Assembly (NCBI RefSeq): GCF_963921235.1
Contig: NC_086097.1
Span: forward strand, 179,182,001 to 179,246,000
Direction: 5' to 3'
Source: Mobula hypostoma
Taxonomy: Eukaryota
DNA length: 64,000 nucleotides
Within the stretch, counting starts at the first letter, position 1, and every line of letters starts with the position of its first letter. Both the position numbers and the translations under genes were made by a program. The notes under the pieces are model-generated. The model searched no databases and was not told the origin of the DNA. It worked only from the letters and a program-made list of their open reading frames with translations. Below are positions 48,591 to 60,104 of this stretch, in pieces.

Positions 48591-48703
48591 GACCTGACTG
48601 AGGTCAGCAAGAGCCATGTCCTGCCATGCCATTAGGAAGGCAAGGCATGAGTATACACAGAAAATCCACAGGCACTTTCGTGACACCAGGGACATGTGGC
48701 AAG

Positions 48704-49299
48704 CAATGTTCCCTCTAATTTTTTTACAGCTGCACCATCCAAACATTGCTCTGAGCAGGAAACTTTTACATGGCCTGAAAACTGTGTGGCACTTTAGATT
48801 TTTTTTGTAATATGCACATCAAACAAACACAAAGCACAACACACAACACAAGTAAACGATAGCAGGCAGTCAAAACAACTGACAGGCTCAATGACAAAAG
48901 CAAAATGTTTTGACTAGGTGGCATCGGCATTCAGCAGGCAGTTTATTAACAATGAGCTATCAACTTCCATTCTGTTTTTATTGTTATAATTTGCAACAGT
49001 GTTGTAACTTGAAACACTGACAATGTAAATATATTGAAATTCTAAAATGTTTCAATATAAAGGCTGTGGTATGTTTATTATTTAGAAAAATTATGGGTTA
49101 TGTTCATTAGCACATAATTAATTACAGGATATTTCACAAATATATTAACAAAGATTTCCAAATTCTATTAGTATAATTTCAAAATTATATTAACATTATA
49201 TAAAAGAAAACTTCAGCTGCACAGCAGTGAAGGGTATGTGCGCAGGAGCATTTGAGTAACTGCGCAGCTGCAAACCCACGCAGCTTGGAGGGAAGAGTA
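48704..49299. mobile_element. Probable hAT-type non-autonomous DNA transposon (MITE)
   Basis: AT-rich 596-bp interruption of the LINE; degenerate TIR CAATGTTCCCTCTAA ... TTGGAGGGAAGAGTA; imperfect 8-bp TSD GTGGCAAG / AAGGCAAG. Confidence 0.6.
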
Positions 49300-50693
49300 A
49301 AGGCAAGCTATACAAAACATAACTGATTACAATCCACCCTGCGTGTCAACGACAGCAAAGCCTCCCTTTCTGATAGGCTGCCTGCTTTCCGTGCACAATT
49401 TGACTTATTGAATGATGTGACATTAAGGAAAACCCCCTCTCTTCCTGAGAAACAGACACCCTGTCTGACCGCACCCAAGGTGAGGAAGACCCTAACCAGG
49501 GTAAACTCAAGCAAAGCGGCAGGGCCAGACAACGTAGCTGATATGGTGCTAAGGGATAGTGCGCTTCAGCTACCAGAGGACTTAATGGACATGTTCAATA
49601 TCTCTCTGAAATAGCCCACTGTCCCCGCAGGCTTCAAGGCAGTCACCATCATTGCGGTGCCCAAGGGAGCAACAGTGACTGGTCTAAATGATTACTGCCC
49701 AGTGGCATCGACTTCAACAGTGATGAAGTGCTTTGAGTGGCTGGTAATGGATTGTATAAAATCCCACCTTCCAGCTACATTGGACTTTTTCCAGTTCACC
49801 TACCGCTCAAACTGGTCCACTAATGATGCCATAGTCTCGGCCCTCCACGCCGTCCTGTCCCACCTAGAAAAATTTGCGTCATACGCCAGGATGTAGTTCA
49901 TCAACTTCAGCTCAGGATTTAGCACAATCATCCCACAGATGCTGGTGGGTAAATTGTTCTCACTGGGACTCAAATCACCTCTCTGTAACTGGGTCTTGGA
50001 CTTCTAGACAGAAAGGCCCCAGTCAGTCCAAGTCGGCAGCAACATCTCAAACTCCGTCATGCTGAGCACTGGTGCCCCCCGAGGGTTATGTGTTCAGCCC
50101 GCTGCTGCTCACGCCGCTGACTCACACTTGCACTGCCAGATTCAGCTCAAAGGTTGGCCTCATCAGCAACAATGATGAGGCAGTATACAGAGAGGAAGTT
50201 GAGAGGCTTGTCAAATAGTGTGAGAACCACAAACTGAGTCTCCGTATGGATAAGACAAAAGAGATGATTGTGGATGTCAGGAAGGGACAGGTCAATCTCT
50301 CTCCATTGCACACTAATGGCCCTGCTGTGGAGAGAGTGAAGAGCAGAAAGTTCAATGACCAGTACTATCCATGATATCTTTAAGGAGTGGTGGCATCGAT
50401 CATTAAGGACTCCCCATCACCCAGGTCATGCCTTGTTCTCATTGCTACCATCAGGAATGAGGTACTGCAGCCTGAAAGCACACATACAGTGATTAAGGAA
50501 CAGCAACTTCCCTTCTGTCATCTGATTTCTGAATGGACATTGAACCCATGAACACTACCTCATTACATTTGTATTTCTATTTTTGTACTACTTACTTAAT
50601 TATTTAATCTATATATACTTATTGTATTTTGTGTTGTTTTTTCTATGGTTTCTATGTGGTGCAATGCACTGCTGTGGCAAAGACAACAAATTT

Positions 50694-51967
50694 CATAGTC
50701 ATAGTCATAGTCATAGTCATACTTTATTAATCCCGGGGGAAATTGGTTTTCGTTACAGTTGCTCCATAAATAATAAATAGTAATAGAACCATAAATAGTT
50801 AAATAGGAATATGTAAATTATGCCAGTAAATTCTGAAGTAAGTCCAGGACCAGCCTATTGGCTCAGGATGTCTGACCCTCCAAGGGAGGAGTTGTAAAGT
50901 TTGATGGCCACAGGCAGGAATGACTTCCTATGACGCTCAGTGCTGCATTTCGGTGGAATGATTCTCTGGCTGAATGTACTCCTGTGCCCACCCAGTACAT
51001 TATGTAGTGGATGGGAGACATTGTCCAAGATGGCATGCAACTTGGACAGCATCCTCTTTTCAGACACCACCGTGAGAGAGTCCAGTTCCATCCCCACAAC
51101 ATCACTGGCCTTACGAATGAGTTTGTTGATTCTGTTGGTGTCTGCTACCCTCAGCCTGCTGCCCCAGCACACAACAGCAAACATGATAGCACTGGCCACC
51201 ACAGACTCGTAGAACATCCTCGGCATCGTCCGGCAGATGTTAAAAGACCTCAGTCTCCTCAGGAAATAGAGACGGCTCTGACCCTTCTTGTAGACAGCCT
51301 CAGTGTTCTTTGACCAGTCCAGTTTATTGTCAATTCGTATCCCCAAGTATTTGTAATCCTCCACCATGTCCACACTGACCCCCTGGATGGAAACAGGGGT
51401 CACCGGTACCTTAGCTCTCCTCAGGTCTACCACCAGCTCCTTAGTCTTTTTCACATTAAGATGCAGATAATTCTGCTCACACCATGTGACAAAGTTTCCT
51501 ACCGTAGCCCTGTACTCAGCCTCATCTCCCTTGCTGATGCATCCAACTATGGCAGAGTCATCCAAAAACTTCTGAAGATGACAAGACTCCGTGCAGTAGT
51601 TGAAGTCCCAGGTGTAAATGGTGAAGAGAAAGGGAGACAAGACAGTCCCCTGTGGAGCCCCAGTGTTGCTGATCACTCTGTCGGGCACACAGTGTTGCAA
51701 GCTCATGTACTGTGGTCTGCCAGTCAGGTAATCAAGAATCCATGACACCAGGAAAGCATCCACCTGCATCGCTGTCAGCTTCTCCCCCAGCAGAGCAGGG
51801 CGGATGGTGTTGAACGCACTGGAGAAGTCAAAAAACATGACCCTCACAGTGCTCGCTGGCTTGTCCAGGTGGGCATACACACGGTTCAGCAGGAAGATGA
51901 TGGCATCCTCAACTCCGAGTCGGGGCTGGTAGGCGAACTGGAGGGGATCTAAGTGTGGCCTAACCAT
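50694..51967 (-). mobile_element. Young 5'-truncated Rex1/Babar LINE with an uninterrupted RT ORF (about 370 codons) and (GACTAT)n tail
   Basis: ORF 50855-51967: LDPLQFAY, FFDFSSAFNTI, GAPQGTVLSPFLF, QKFLDD, YKYLG; 3' end AATAAAGTAT(GACTAT)n. Confidence 0.93.
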
Positions 51968-53020
51968 ATTCCAGCATATTCCAGCAATATTAAATCTAAT
52001 TGTGATTGTGATTCTGATTCGGATTCCTTGGTGACCACATAATGGACGATCTAACCTGGACCCACAACACCTACTCATTAGTCAAGAAGACACAGCAGCG
52101 TCTACCCTTTCTGAGCAGACTGAGGCGTGCAAGGCTCCCAACCCCCATTCTAACATCTTTCTACAGGAGCACCATCGGGAGTGTCCTGTCTGGGCGCATC
52201 ATTGTGTGGTATGGAAGCTGCAAGGCATCAAACTGCAGGACCCCACAGAGGACAGTAAAAACCACCAAGAAGATCTCTGGGGTCTCCCCCCCCCCCCACC
52301 ACAACTAGTTGTGACATTTACCAGGAGCATTGCAGACAAAAGGTCCAAAGTATTGTTGATGATACCTACCAATCATCCCACAATCTCTTTGATTAATTAC
52401 CATCAGGAAGGAGTTACAGAAGCATCAGGACTATAACTGCCAGACTGGGTAACAGCTTCTTCCCTGTTAGACTAATGAATACCCTGCCACCACTGAGATC
52501 TTGTCACGAGGGCAGAGAGTTGTTTACTGTTTACCTGTGCTGCTCTTTAATACACGCATTTTGAATTATAATTTATTAACTTATTTCTAGTATAATATTT
52601 TGCATCATGTGCTGTGTGTGATATATGTTGTGTAGATGCACCACGGTCTGGAAGAGCAATGTTTTGTTTGGTTGTATGTATATACAGTCAGATGGCATTG
52701 AACTTGAACTTGTAATCAGTGAAGCAAGAGCACAGCTCACAAATGAGCCACCTCCCCACCCTGTCCACCATCCCTGCAAGAATCTGTGGTTCCAACACTG
52801 GGCTCACCAGCCACCTCAGGACCCACAGAGGTGGAAGCAAGTCATCCTCAAACTTTTGTTTTCATTTCTTTTTGTATGAATTATTTATTTACTTGGTAAT
52901 TAATAGCAATTTTATCTTTGTGCTGTACTGCTGCTGCAAAAAAACGACTTTCACGTCATGTGATAATAAATCTGATTCCGAATCTGAGAGTTTCAACCAA
53001 CCCAACTCTTCTAACATAGA

Positions 53021-54768
53021 CACGAGGAATTCTGCAGATGCTGGAACTTCAAGCAACACACATCAAAGTTGCTGGTGAATGCAGCAGGCCAGGCAGCATC
53101 TCTAGGAAGAGGTACAGTCGACGTTTCAGGCCGAGACCCTTCGTCAGGACTAACTGAAAGAAGAGCTAGTAAGAGATTTGAAAGTGGGAGGGGGAGGGGG
53201 AGATCCAAAATGATAGGAGAAGACAGGAGGAGGAGGGATGGAGCCAGGAGAAAGGAATATGAGAGGATCATGGGACAGGAGGCCTAGGGAGGAAGAAAAG
53301 GGGGAGAGGGGAAGCCCAGAGGATGGGCAAGGGGTATAGTGAGAGGGACAGAGGGAGAAAAAGGAGAGAGAGAAAAAGAAAGTGAGTATATAAATAAATA
53401 AATAAATAATGGCTGGGGTATGAGGGGGAGGTGGGGCATTAGTGGAAGTTTGAGAAGTCGATGTTATCTACTGATGTCTACTATAATCCTACGGACTCTC
53501 ACAGCTATCTGGACTATTCCTCTTCTCACCCTGTCTCTTGCAAGAATGCCATCCCCTTCTCACAATTCCTCTGTCTCTGCTGCATCTGCTCTCAGGATGA
53601 GGCTTTTCATTCCAGGACAAGGGAGATGTCCTCCTTTTTTAAAGAAAGGGGCTTCCCTTCCTCCACCATCGACTCTGCTCTCAAACGCATCTCCACCATT
53701 TCACGCACATCTGCTCTCATTCCATCCTCCCGCCACCCCACTAGGAATAGGGTTCCCCTTGTCCTCACCTGCCACCCCACCAGCCTCCAGGTCCAACATA
53801 TAATTCTCTGTAACTTCCGCCAACTCCAACGGGATCCCACCACTAAGCACATCTTTCCCTCCCCCCCTCCTCTGCTTTCCGCAGGGATCGCTCCCTACGC
53901 GACTCCCTTGTCCATCCGTCCCCCCCAACCCTCCCCACCGATCTCCCTCCTGGCATTTATCCTTGTAAGCGGAACAAGTGCTACACATGCCCTTACACTT
54001 CCTCCCTTACCACCATTCAGGGCCCCAGACAGTCCTTCCAGGTGAGGCGACACTTCACCTGTGGGTTGGCTGGGGTGATATACTGCGTCCGGTGCTCCCG
54101 ATGTGGCCTTCTATATATTGGTGAGGCCCGACACAGACTGGGAGATCGTCTTGCTGAACACCTACACTCTGTCTGCCAGAGAAAGCAGGATCTCCCAGTG
54201 GCCACACATTTTAATTCCACATCCCATTCCCATTCTGACATGTCTATCCACGGCCCCCTCTACTGTAAAGATGAAGCCACACTCAGGTTGGAGGAACAAC
54301 ACCTTATATTCCGTCTGGGTAGCCTCCAACCTGATGGCATGAACATTGACTTCTCTAACTTCCACTAATGCCCCACCTCCCCCTCGTACCCCAGCCGTTA
54401 TTTATTTATTTATTTATATACTCACTTTCTTTTTCTCTCTCTCCTTTTTCTCCCTCTGTCCCTCTCACTATACCCCTTGCCCATCCTCTGGGCTTCCCCC
54501 TCCCCCTTTTCTTCCTCCCTAGGCCTCCTGTCCCATGATCCTCTCATATCCCCTTTGCCAATCACCTGTCCATCTCTTGGCTCCATCCCTCCCCCTCCTG
54601 TCTTCTCCTATCATTTTGGATCTCCCCTCCCCCTCCCCCTCTCAAATCCCTTACTCACTCTTCCTTCAGTTAGTCCTGACGAAGGGTCTCGGCCCAAAAT
54701 GTCGACTGTACCTCTTCCTAGAGATGCTGCCTGGCCTGCTGCATTCACCAGCAACTTTGATGTGTGTT
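53021..54768 (+). mobile_element. 5'-truncated Penelope-like element (RT C-terminus + GIY-YIG endonuclease) with an inverted copy of its 3' terminal repeat at the 5' end
   Basis: 53461-53880 gives TDVYYNPTDSHSYLDYSSSHP; 54042-54368 gives VIYCVRCSRCGLLYIGE...RLAEH (GIY-YIG). About 53057-53465 is the reverse complement of about 54342-54766. A 14-bp direct repeat TCTTCTAACATAGA lies at 53007-53020 and 54769-54782. Confidence 0.93.
53116..53151 (-). ncRNA. Minimal type I hammerhead ribozyme motif (Penelope-associated)
   Basis: Minus strand reads AGTCCTGACGAAGGGTCTCGGCCTGAAACGTCGACT, with all core boxes intact. Confidence 0.75.
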
Positions 54769-57700
54769 TCTTCTAACATAGAGTTGCCAAGAGGTGACTT
54801 GATCTGATTAACCTGAGGAGGTAACACAAAGGGTTCATGGGGGATCGCAGGTTTGACGCAATTAAGTAGAGATATTTGTGAAGATCCACACGGTGGCTCA
54901 TCAGACGTTAACAAACGAGGGGAGAGCAGCAGCTTGGATTCTGAATTGCCTCATTGGCAGAAAGCAGAGGGTAATTGTTGAAGAGATTTAATGGCCTAAA
55001 TGTAGGGCTCTGTACAAGAATCCTTGACTTTAGAGAGATACATTTAAGCAATTTGCAGTATATAAGACGCTGGCGAGGCTGCATTCAGAGTATTCCGTTC
55101 AATTATGATTATCCTATTACAGGAAAGACACTGTTCAGCTGGACAGAGTGGAGAGGATGTTGCTGAGAAGATTCAAGGGACTGAGTTATACAGAAAGGCT
55201 GGGCAGGCTGCAACTTTATTCCTTAGAATATCGGAAGCTGAAGGAGACCTTACAGAGGAGCATAAAATCATGAGGGGCATAGATAAAGTGAATGACCACA
55301 GTCTTTTTCACAGAGTTGGAGATTCAAGAACGAGAGGGCATAGGTTTAAAGTGAGGGGGAATCAGGCGCAAAACAACATTTAAAAGACACTTGGGAAGGT
55401 TCATGGATAGGAAAGGGTGAGAGCAATATGGGCCAAATGGAAGCCACCTCTACCACTTGCTTGTTCCATATACCCACCATCCTCAGTATGAAAATTTGCC
55501 TCCTGTTAGATCTTTCCCCTCTCACCCTAAACCCATGTTCTTTAGTTTTAGCCCTCACCTCCCCCCCCCATTCCATGAGTAAAGGTCTGTGAATACCCAT
55601 CTTGATTTTATAAACCCAATAAGGTCACCCCTCAGCCTTCTTAACCCCAGGGAACACTGCCCCAGCCTATCCAGTTGCTCCTTATTACTCAAGCCCTCCA
55701 GTCCTGGCAACATCTTTGTGAATCGTTTGTGCATACCTTTTGGCTGAATGACATTCGCAGGCTGACCAGAACTGTGCACGATACTCCATGTGTGATCTCA
55801 CCAGTGACTTATACAGTTGCTGCACGAGTCTTGCGCTCACTGCGCTGGCTGATGAAGACCAGTGTGACGAGCGTCTTCTTCAGCACCCTATCAACCTGTG
55901 TTGCCACTTTCAGAGAACCATGTGTCTGTACCTTTCCTCTCTCTGCCCTGTGGTACTCTGGCTAAGATCTAAAGAGTGAGAGTAACCCAAGTAATTTTGG
56001 CTGGCAAGTAGACAATAGGCTGAATAACCTGCTTCTGTGCCATGGATTTCCATGGTTAACTGAGGCCCTCGGTCAGTGAACGTGAGGCACGTCCTGATGA
56101 ACGGTGGAGCAGTTATGTCTCGTGACCTGGTCAATATTCGGAGTCAAACACCATTGTTTCAGATGGGTTGGGTGGAAAGTGGGTGAACTGGCTGCTGTGC
56201 ATTGTAGGTGAAGAGTAGAACCGTGGAGTAGTTGATGGGAATGTGGGGAGAATAAAATAGGTTAATATAAATGGGTGCTTGATGATCAGCATGGACAATG
56301 TGGGCTGGAGGCTTCTTACATACTGTATGACTCTGAACATACTTACCTTCTTAAGCATCTGAGAAGATTGTCCATGAAGATTCGCTCCCACTTCTCCAGA
56401 TACTGTAGAAAGTATCCTGATAGGTTGCATCTGAGCTGGGTGTGGTAATTGCTCCAGTCTGGAACAACAGGATCTGCAGAGATGGTGAACAGTGTCCAGT
56501 CCAGGCTTGTCACTGACTTCCATCCAGTCCACCTCCACTGTGCGCTGCTTCAGAAAGTCTTGGCATTGTCGAGAATGCCCGTCACCCTGGTCATTCCCTC
56601 TTCTCTCTTCTACCTCCTGGGAGTTACAGGAGTTTGAAAGCCTGGATGACCAGACTCAAGAACAGCTACTTCTCCACAGCTATCAGATTTCTGAACTGAT
56701 CACCTCTTTCACATCTCCTTCCAGGTGGTGCCATCATGTTCCAGAACCCTTAACCTTACCTCTCTCTCATTGTCACTTCAGCATTTGTTACACTACCATA
56801 GCCTGCACTATAATCCCTGCACCATTCTGTTGTTTTGAGCTGATAATTGAATTTATTTTTATTTTGTGGACCCTGGTCATTCTCTCTTCCTATCCCATTC
56901 AGCAGAGGATATTGAAACTTGAGATACATACCACCATCTGATCTGATCTCCAGACTACTGTTCGTGGGATCTTACTGCACATAAGTTAACAACCACGTAA
57001 TCCAACCTCATAAAATACCACCGGTTGTTTATGAGCATTATTTTGTTTTATTGAATTATTTGATTCCTGGAAGGTCCAGTACTCTCCAAGAAGAAAGTGA
57101 TGTCATCTCTATAAACTGGTTTCCAATCTATCACAAGAAACTGCAGAGAGGTGTGGACACAGCTCAGCACGCCACAGAAACCAGCCTCGGACTCTGTCTA
57201 CACTTCTCACTGCCTCAGTAAAGCAGGCAACATAATCAAAGACCCCACTCACCCCAGCGAGACTCTCTACTCCCCTATCCCATTGGGCAGAAGATACAAA
57301 AATATTAAGGCACATACAACCAGGCTCAGGGCCACCTTCAGCTCCATTGTTTTATGATTCTTAAGCAGTCCCCTAACACAATAAGATGGACTCTCGATGT
57401 CACAGTCACCTTGTTATGACATCGCACTCTATTGTCTAACTGTACTGCTCTCTCTTTGCAACTGTGGCACTTTATTTTGCACTGTTATTGTTTTACCTTG
57501 TACTAACCTCAAAGTACTGATATGATCAATATGGATAGCAGGCAAAACAATGTTTTTCACTGCAGCTTGGTACAGGTGTGAGTAATAACACACACAAAAT
57601 GCTGGAGGAATTCAGCAGGTCGAGCAGTATCTATGTTTCTAGAGAGAATATCGACTGTTCCTTTTCCTGCACAGAAGGCTATGCACAGCTCAATTGCCAT

Positions 57701-58204
57701 CTATAAATTCACCAATGACACTATCACATTATGTTGTTGGCAGAATCTCAGATGGTGACAAGGAGATGTACAAGAGTGAGGTAGATCAGTGTAGCAACAC
57801 AATAACCTTCCTCTCAATGTCAGCAAGACCAAGAAATTGATTGTGCACTTCAGGATGGGGAAGTCAGGAGAACACACACCGGTTCTCATCGAAGGGTCAA
57901 CAGTGGAAGGAGTGAGCAGCTTCAAGTTCTTGAACATTAACATCTTAGAGGATCTATCCAGGGCCAACATATGATTGCAATCACCAGCAGCTCTTCTTCA
58001 TGAGGAGTTTGAGAAGATTTGGGATGTCACCAAAGCCTCTTACAAATCACCAGCTGGTATGGAAGCTCCAATGCCCAGGATCACTGGAGACTGTCGAGGG
58101 TTGTAGTCTCAGCCGACTCCATCATGGGCACCACCCTCCCCTCCAACATAAACATCAAGAAGGCGGCATCCATCACTGAAGACCCTCACCATCCTTAAGA
58201 TGCA

Positions 58205-58429
58205 ACACACACACAACATGCTGGAGGAACTCAGCAGGCCAGGCAATATCTATGGAAAGGAGTACAGTCGATGTTTCGGGCTGAGACCCTTCATCATTGA
58301 GATCCTTCCAGTCTTGATGTAGGGTCTCGGCCCGAAAAATTGACTGTTGCTCTGTTGCCTGCTGAGTTCCTCCAGCATTTTTTTGTGTGTTGCTTGGATT
58401 TCCAGCATCTGCAGATTTTCACATGTTTG
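58205..58429. mobile_element. Short Penelope-derived fold-back inside a Rex-type LINE fragment
   Basis: Inverted arms (ATGCTGGAGGAACTCAGCAGG / CCTGCTGAGTTCCTCCAGCAT), each with a degenerate hammerhead motif; 16-bp direct repeat CCATCCT(T/G)AAGATGCA at 58189-58204 and 58430-58445. Confidence 0.85.
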
Positions 58430-58789
58430 CCATCCTGAAGATGCACTTTTCTCATTACTACCATCAAGCAGGAGGTACAGGATTCTGAAGACCCACATTC
58501 AATAATTCAGCAACAGCTTCCCCTCTGCCATCAGATTTCCGAATGGTCTGTCACCAATGAACACCACCTCATTATTCGTAATTTACACTACTTATTTGTT
58601 TTCGTAACTTAGTCATTTTTAAAATCTTGGACGGTACTGTTGCCACAAAACAAAAAAAAAATCACGATATATGTCAGCGATAATAAACCTGATTCTGAGA
58701 TGCTGCCTCATCTGTTAAATTCCTCCAGCATTTTGTATATGTCCATTATCTGCAGGCTCTCTTGTCTGACAATAATAAAATCAATTTAG

Positions 58790-59460
58790 CAAAAAATGGC
58801 CGTGCAAAACTCTGTCGGTGCCTTTGCAATGGCTTCACTCGGGCACCACAGTGCGCGGATTGTCCCTGCTTCGAACTGCGGGGGGTTGCCTTTACCAAAG
58901 AGCGCAAGAGGCTGGAGCCAGTCCGCGGTTTGTCCTCTGCCGCTCTCGGTTCCGGCCAGAGACAGGAACACCCCCGGGATCCCCGCTCGGCAGATTGTTA
59001 CAGCGCGGTCACGCGCTCCCGACCGAGCTCTCCATTGGAAGCCGAGTCGGCCGCCGCCGCCCAGCCGCTGCTCTGTGTCCAGGTACCCGCACCCGACTCG
59101 GTGTTGCCGCAAATATTATATTCTTAAGCGAGGACGAAAAATAACCGTATTGAACGGCATAGAATCAGGTCCGATGCTCGAGTTTAAGACGTGTCATTGT
59201 ATTGTAACGGGGTTCCAGAGTCGCGACTATAAAGTTTGTAGGAGTCGTATGTAATTTTTGTTTCTTTGCGTTGAAGCCTAGTTTTTTGTCTGGTGCCTAC
59301 TGCGTCTCTTACTACGTTATCTTCACTTGCTTCTGTCCCTGCGCTGTTTTAATGTCGCTTGCATTTTTTTCCCCACTTCACACGAGAATGAATAGGGAAG
59401 ATGTTTCTGTAAATGTTCGCGAAGGTGGCGCGGTGCTTTCATCAAACTAAGGGCGAGCTT
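58790..59460 (+). promoter_or_regulatory. CpG island; probable promoter and non-coding first exon of a divergent gene (donor candidate CAG|GTACCC at 59082/59083)
   Basis: High CpG density, non-repetitive, YY1-like AAAATGGCCG, GCC-rich leader-like tract before a donor-like site. The strand is inferred. Confidence 0.6.
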
Positions 59461-60104
59461 GCTTAGTCTTCCAAAACGTGACCGGGTTCGGAGTGCAAAC
59501 CATGGTGTGTGGAAGTCAAGAACCTCGTTGTGTGCCTCTCGTGTCCAACTACACTAGGCGCTGGAAGTTGTTGCACAGAATTGCAACATGAGAGGCACTT
59601 GCACAAACTTACCGGACTGGTTCTCCAGAGAATGAACGGAATTTTACACAAACTCCCAACTAAACCAGTAAAGCTAGACCCAGAACCTGGTCACTAATCT
59701 TTCATTCTTATCTACTTAATGATCTAGGAGGAATTTGTGCATAACCTGGCAAAAATGTTGAAGTCCCAGGAAATGTATCAATAAGCTTGAAAGAGTGCAG
59801 AGAAAACTTACAAGGATATTGCTGGGGTCTGGACCTGAGTTCGAGGGAAAGGTTAGGACTTCCCAGGAGAATGAGGAAAGAGCTAGAGCTATACGAAATT
59901 ATGAAGGGTGTAGATAGGGTGAACACATGCTGGCTTTGCCCCTCTGGTTCATTGAGACTCGAACTAGAGGTCATGGGTTTAGAGTGAAAGCTGAAATATT
60001 TAAGGAGAAGGAGGGTGGGGGACATTCACTCAGAAGGATGGTAAAGGTTGGCGGAAGTGGTAGATGTGGGTTCAATTGTAACAGGAGAAACTTGGATAGG
60101 TACA

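Larger units (their letters stand above)
48590..52680 (+). mobile_element. Older Rex-type LINE split by nested insertions
   Basis: RT fragments KAAGPDNV, LNDYCPVASTSTVMKCFE, ...KSRKF (to about 50352), resuming LGDHIMDDLTWTHN at about 52027; many stops. Confidence 0.8.

Noticed and set aside
51968..52078. N-terminal extension of the 407-aa RT ORF
   Set aside because: It reads through unrelated flanking repeats; true Rex1 sequence starts at about 51967, so the copy is 5'-truncated and not an intact gene.
58762..59254. Several overlapping 108-152 aa ORFs
   Set aside because: Expected by chance in a GC-rich island; no protein similarity recognised.
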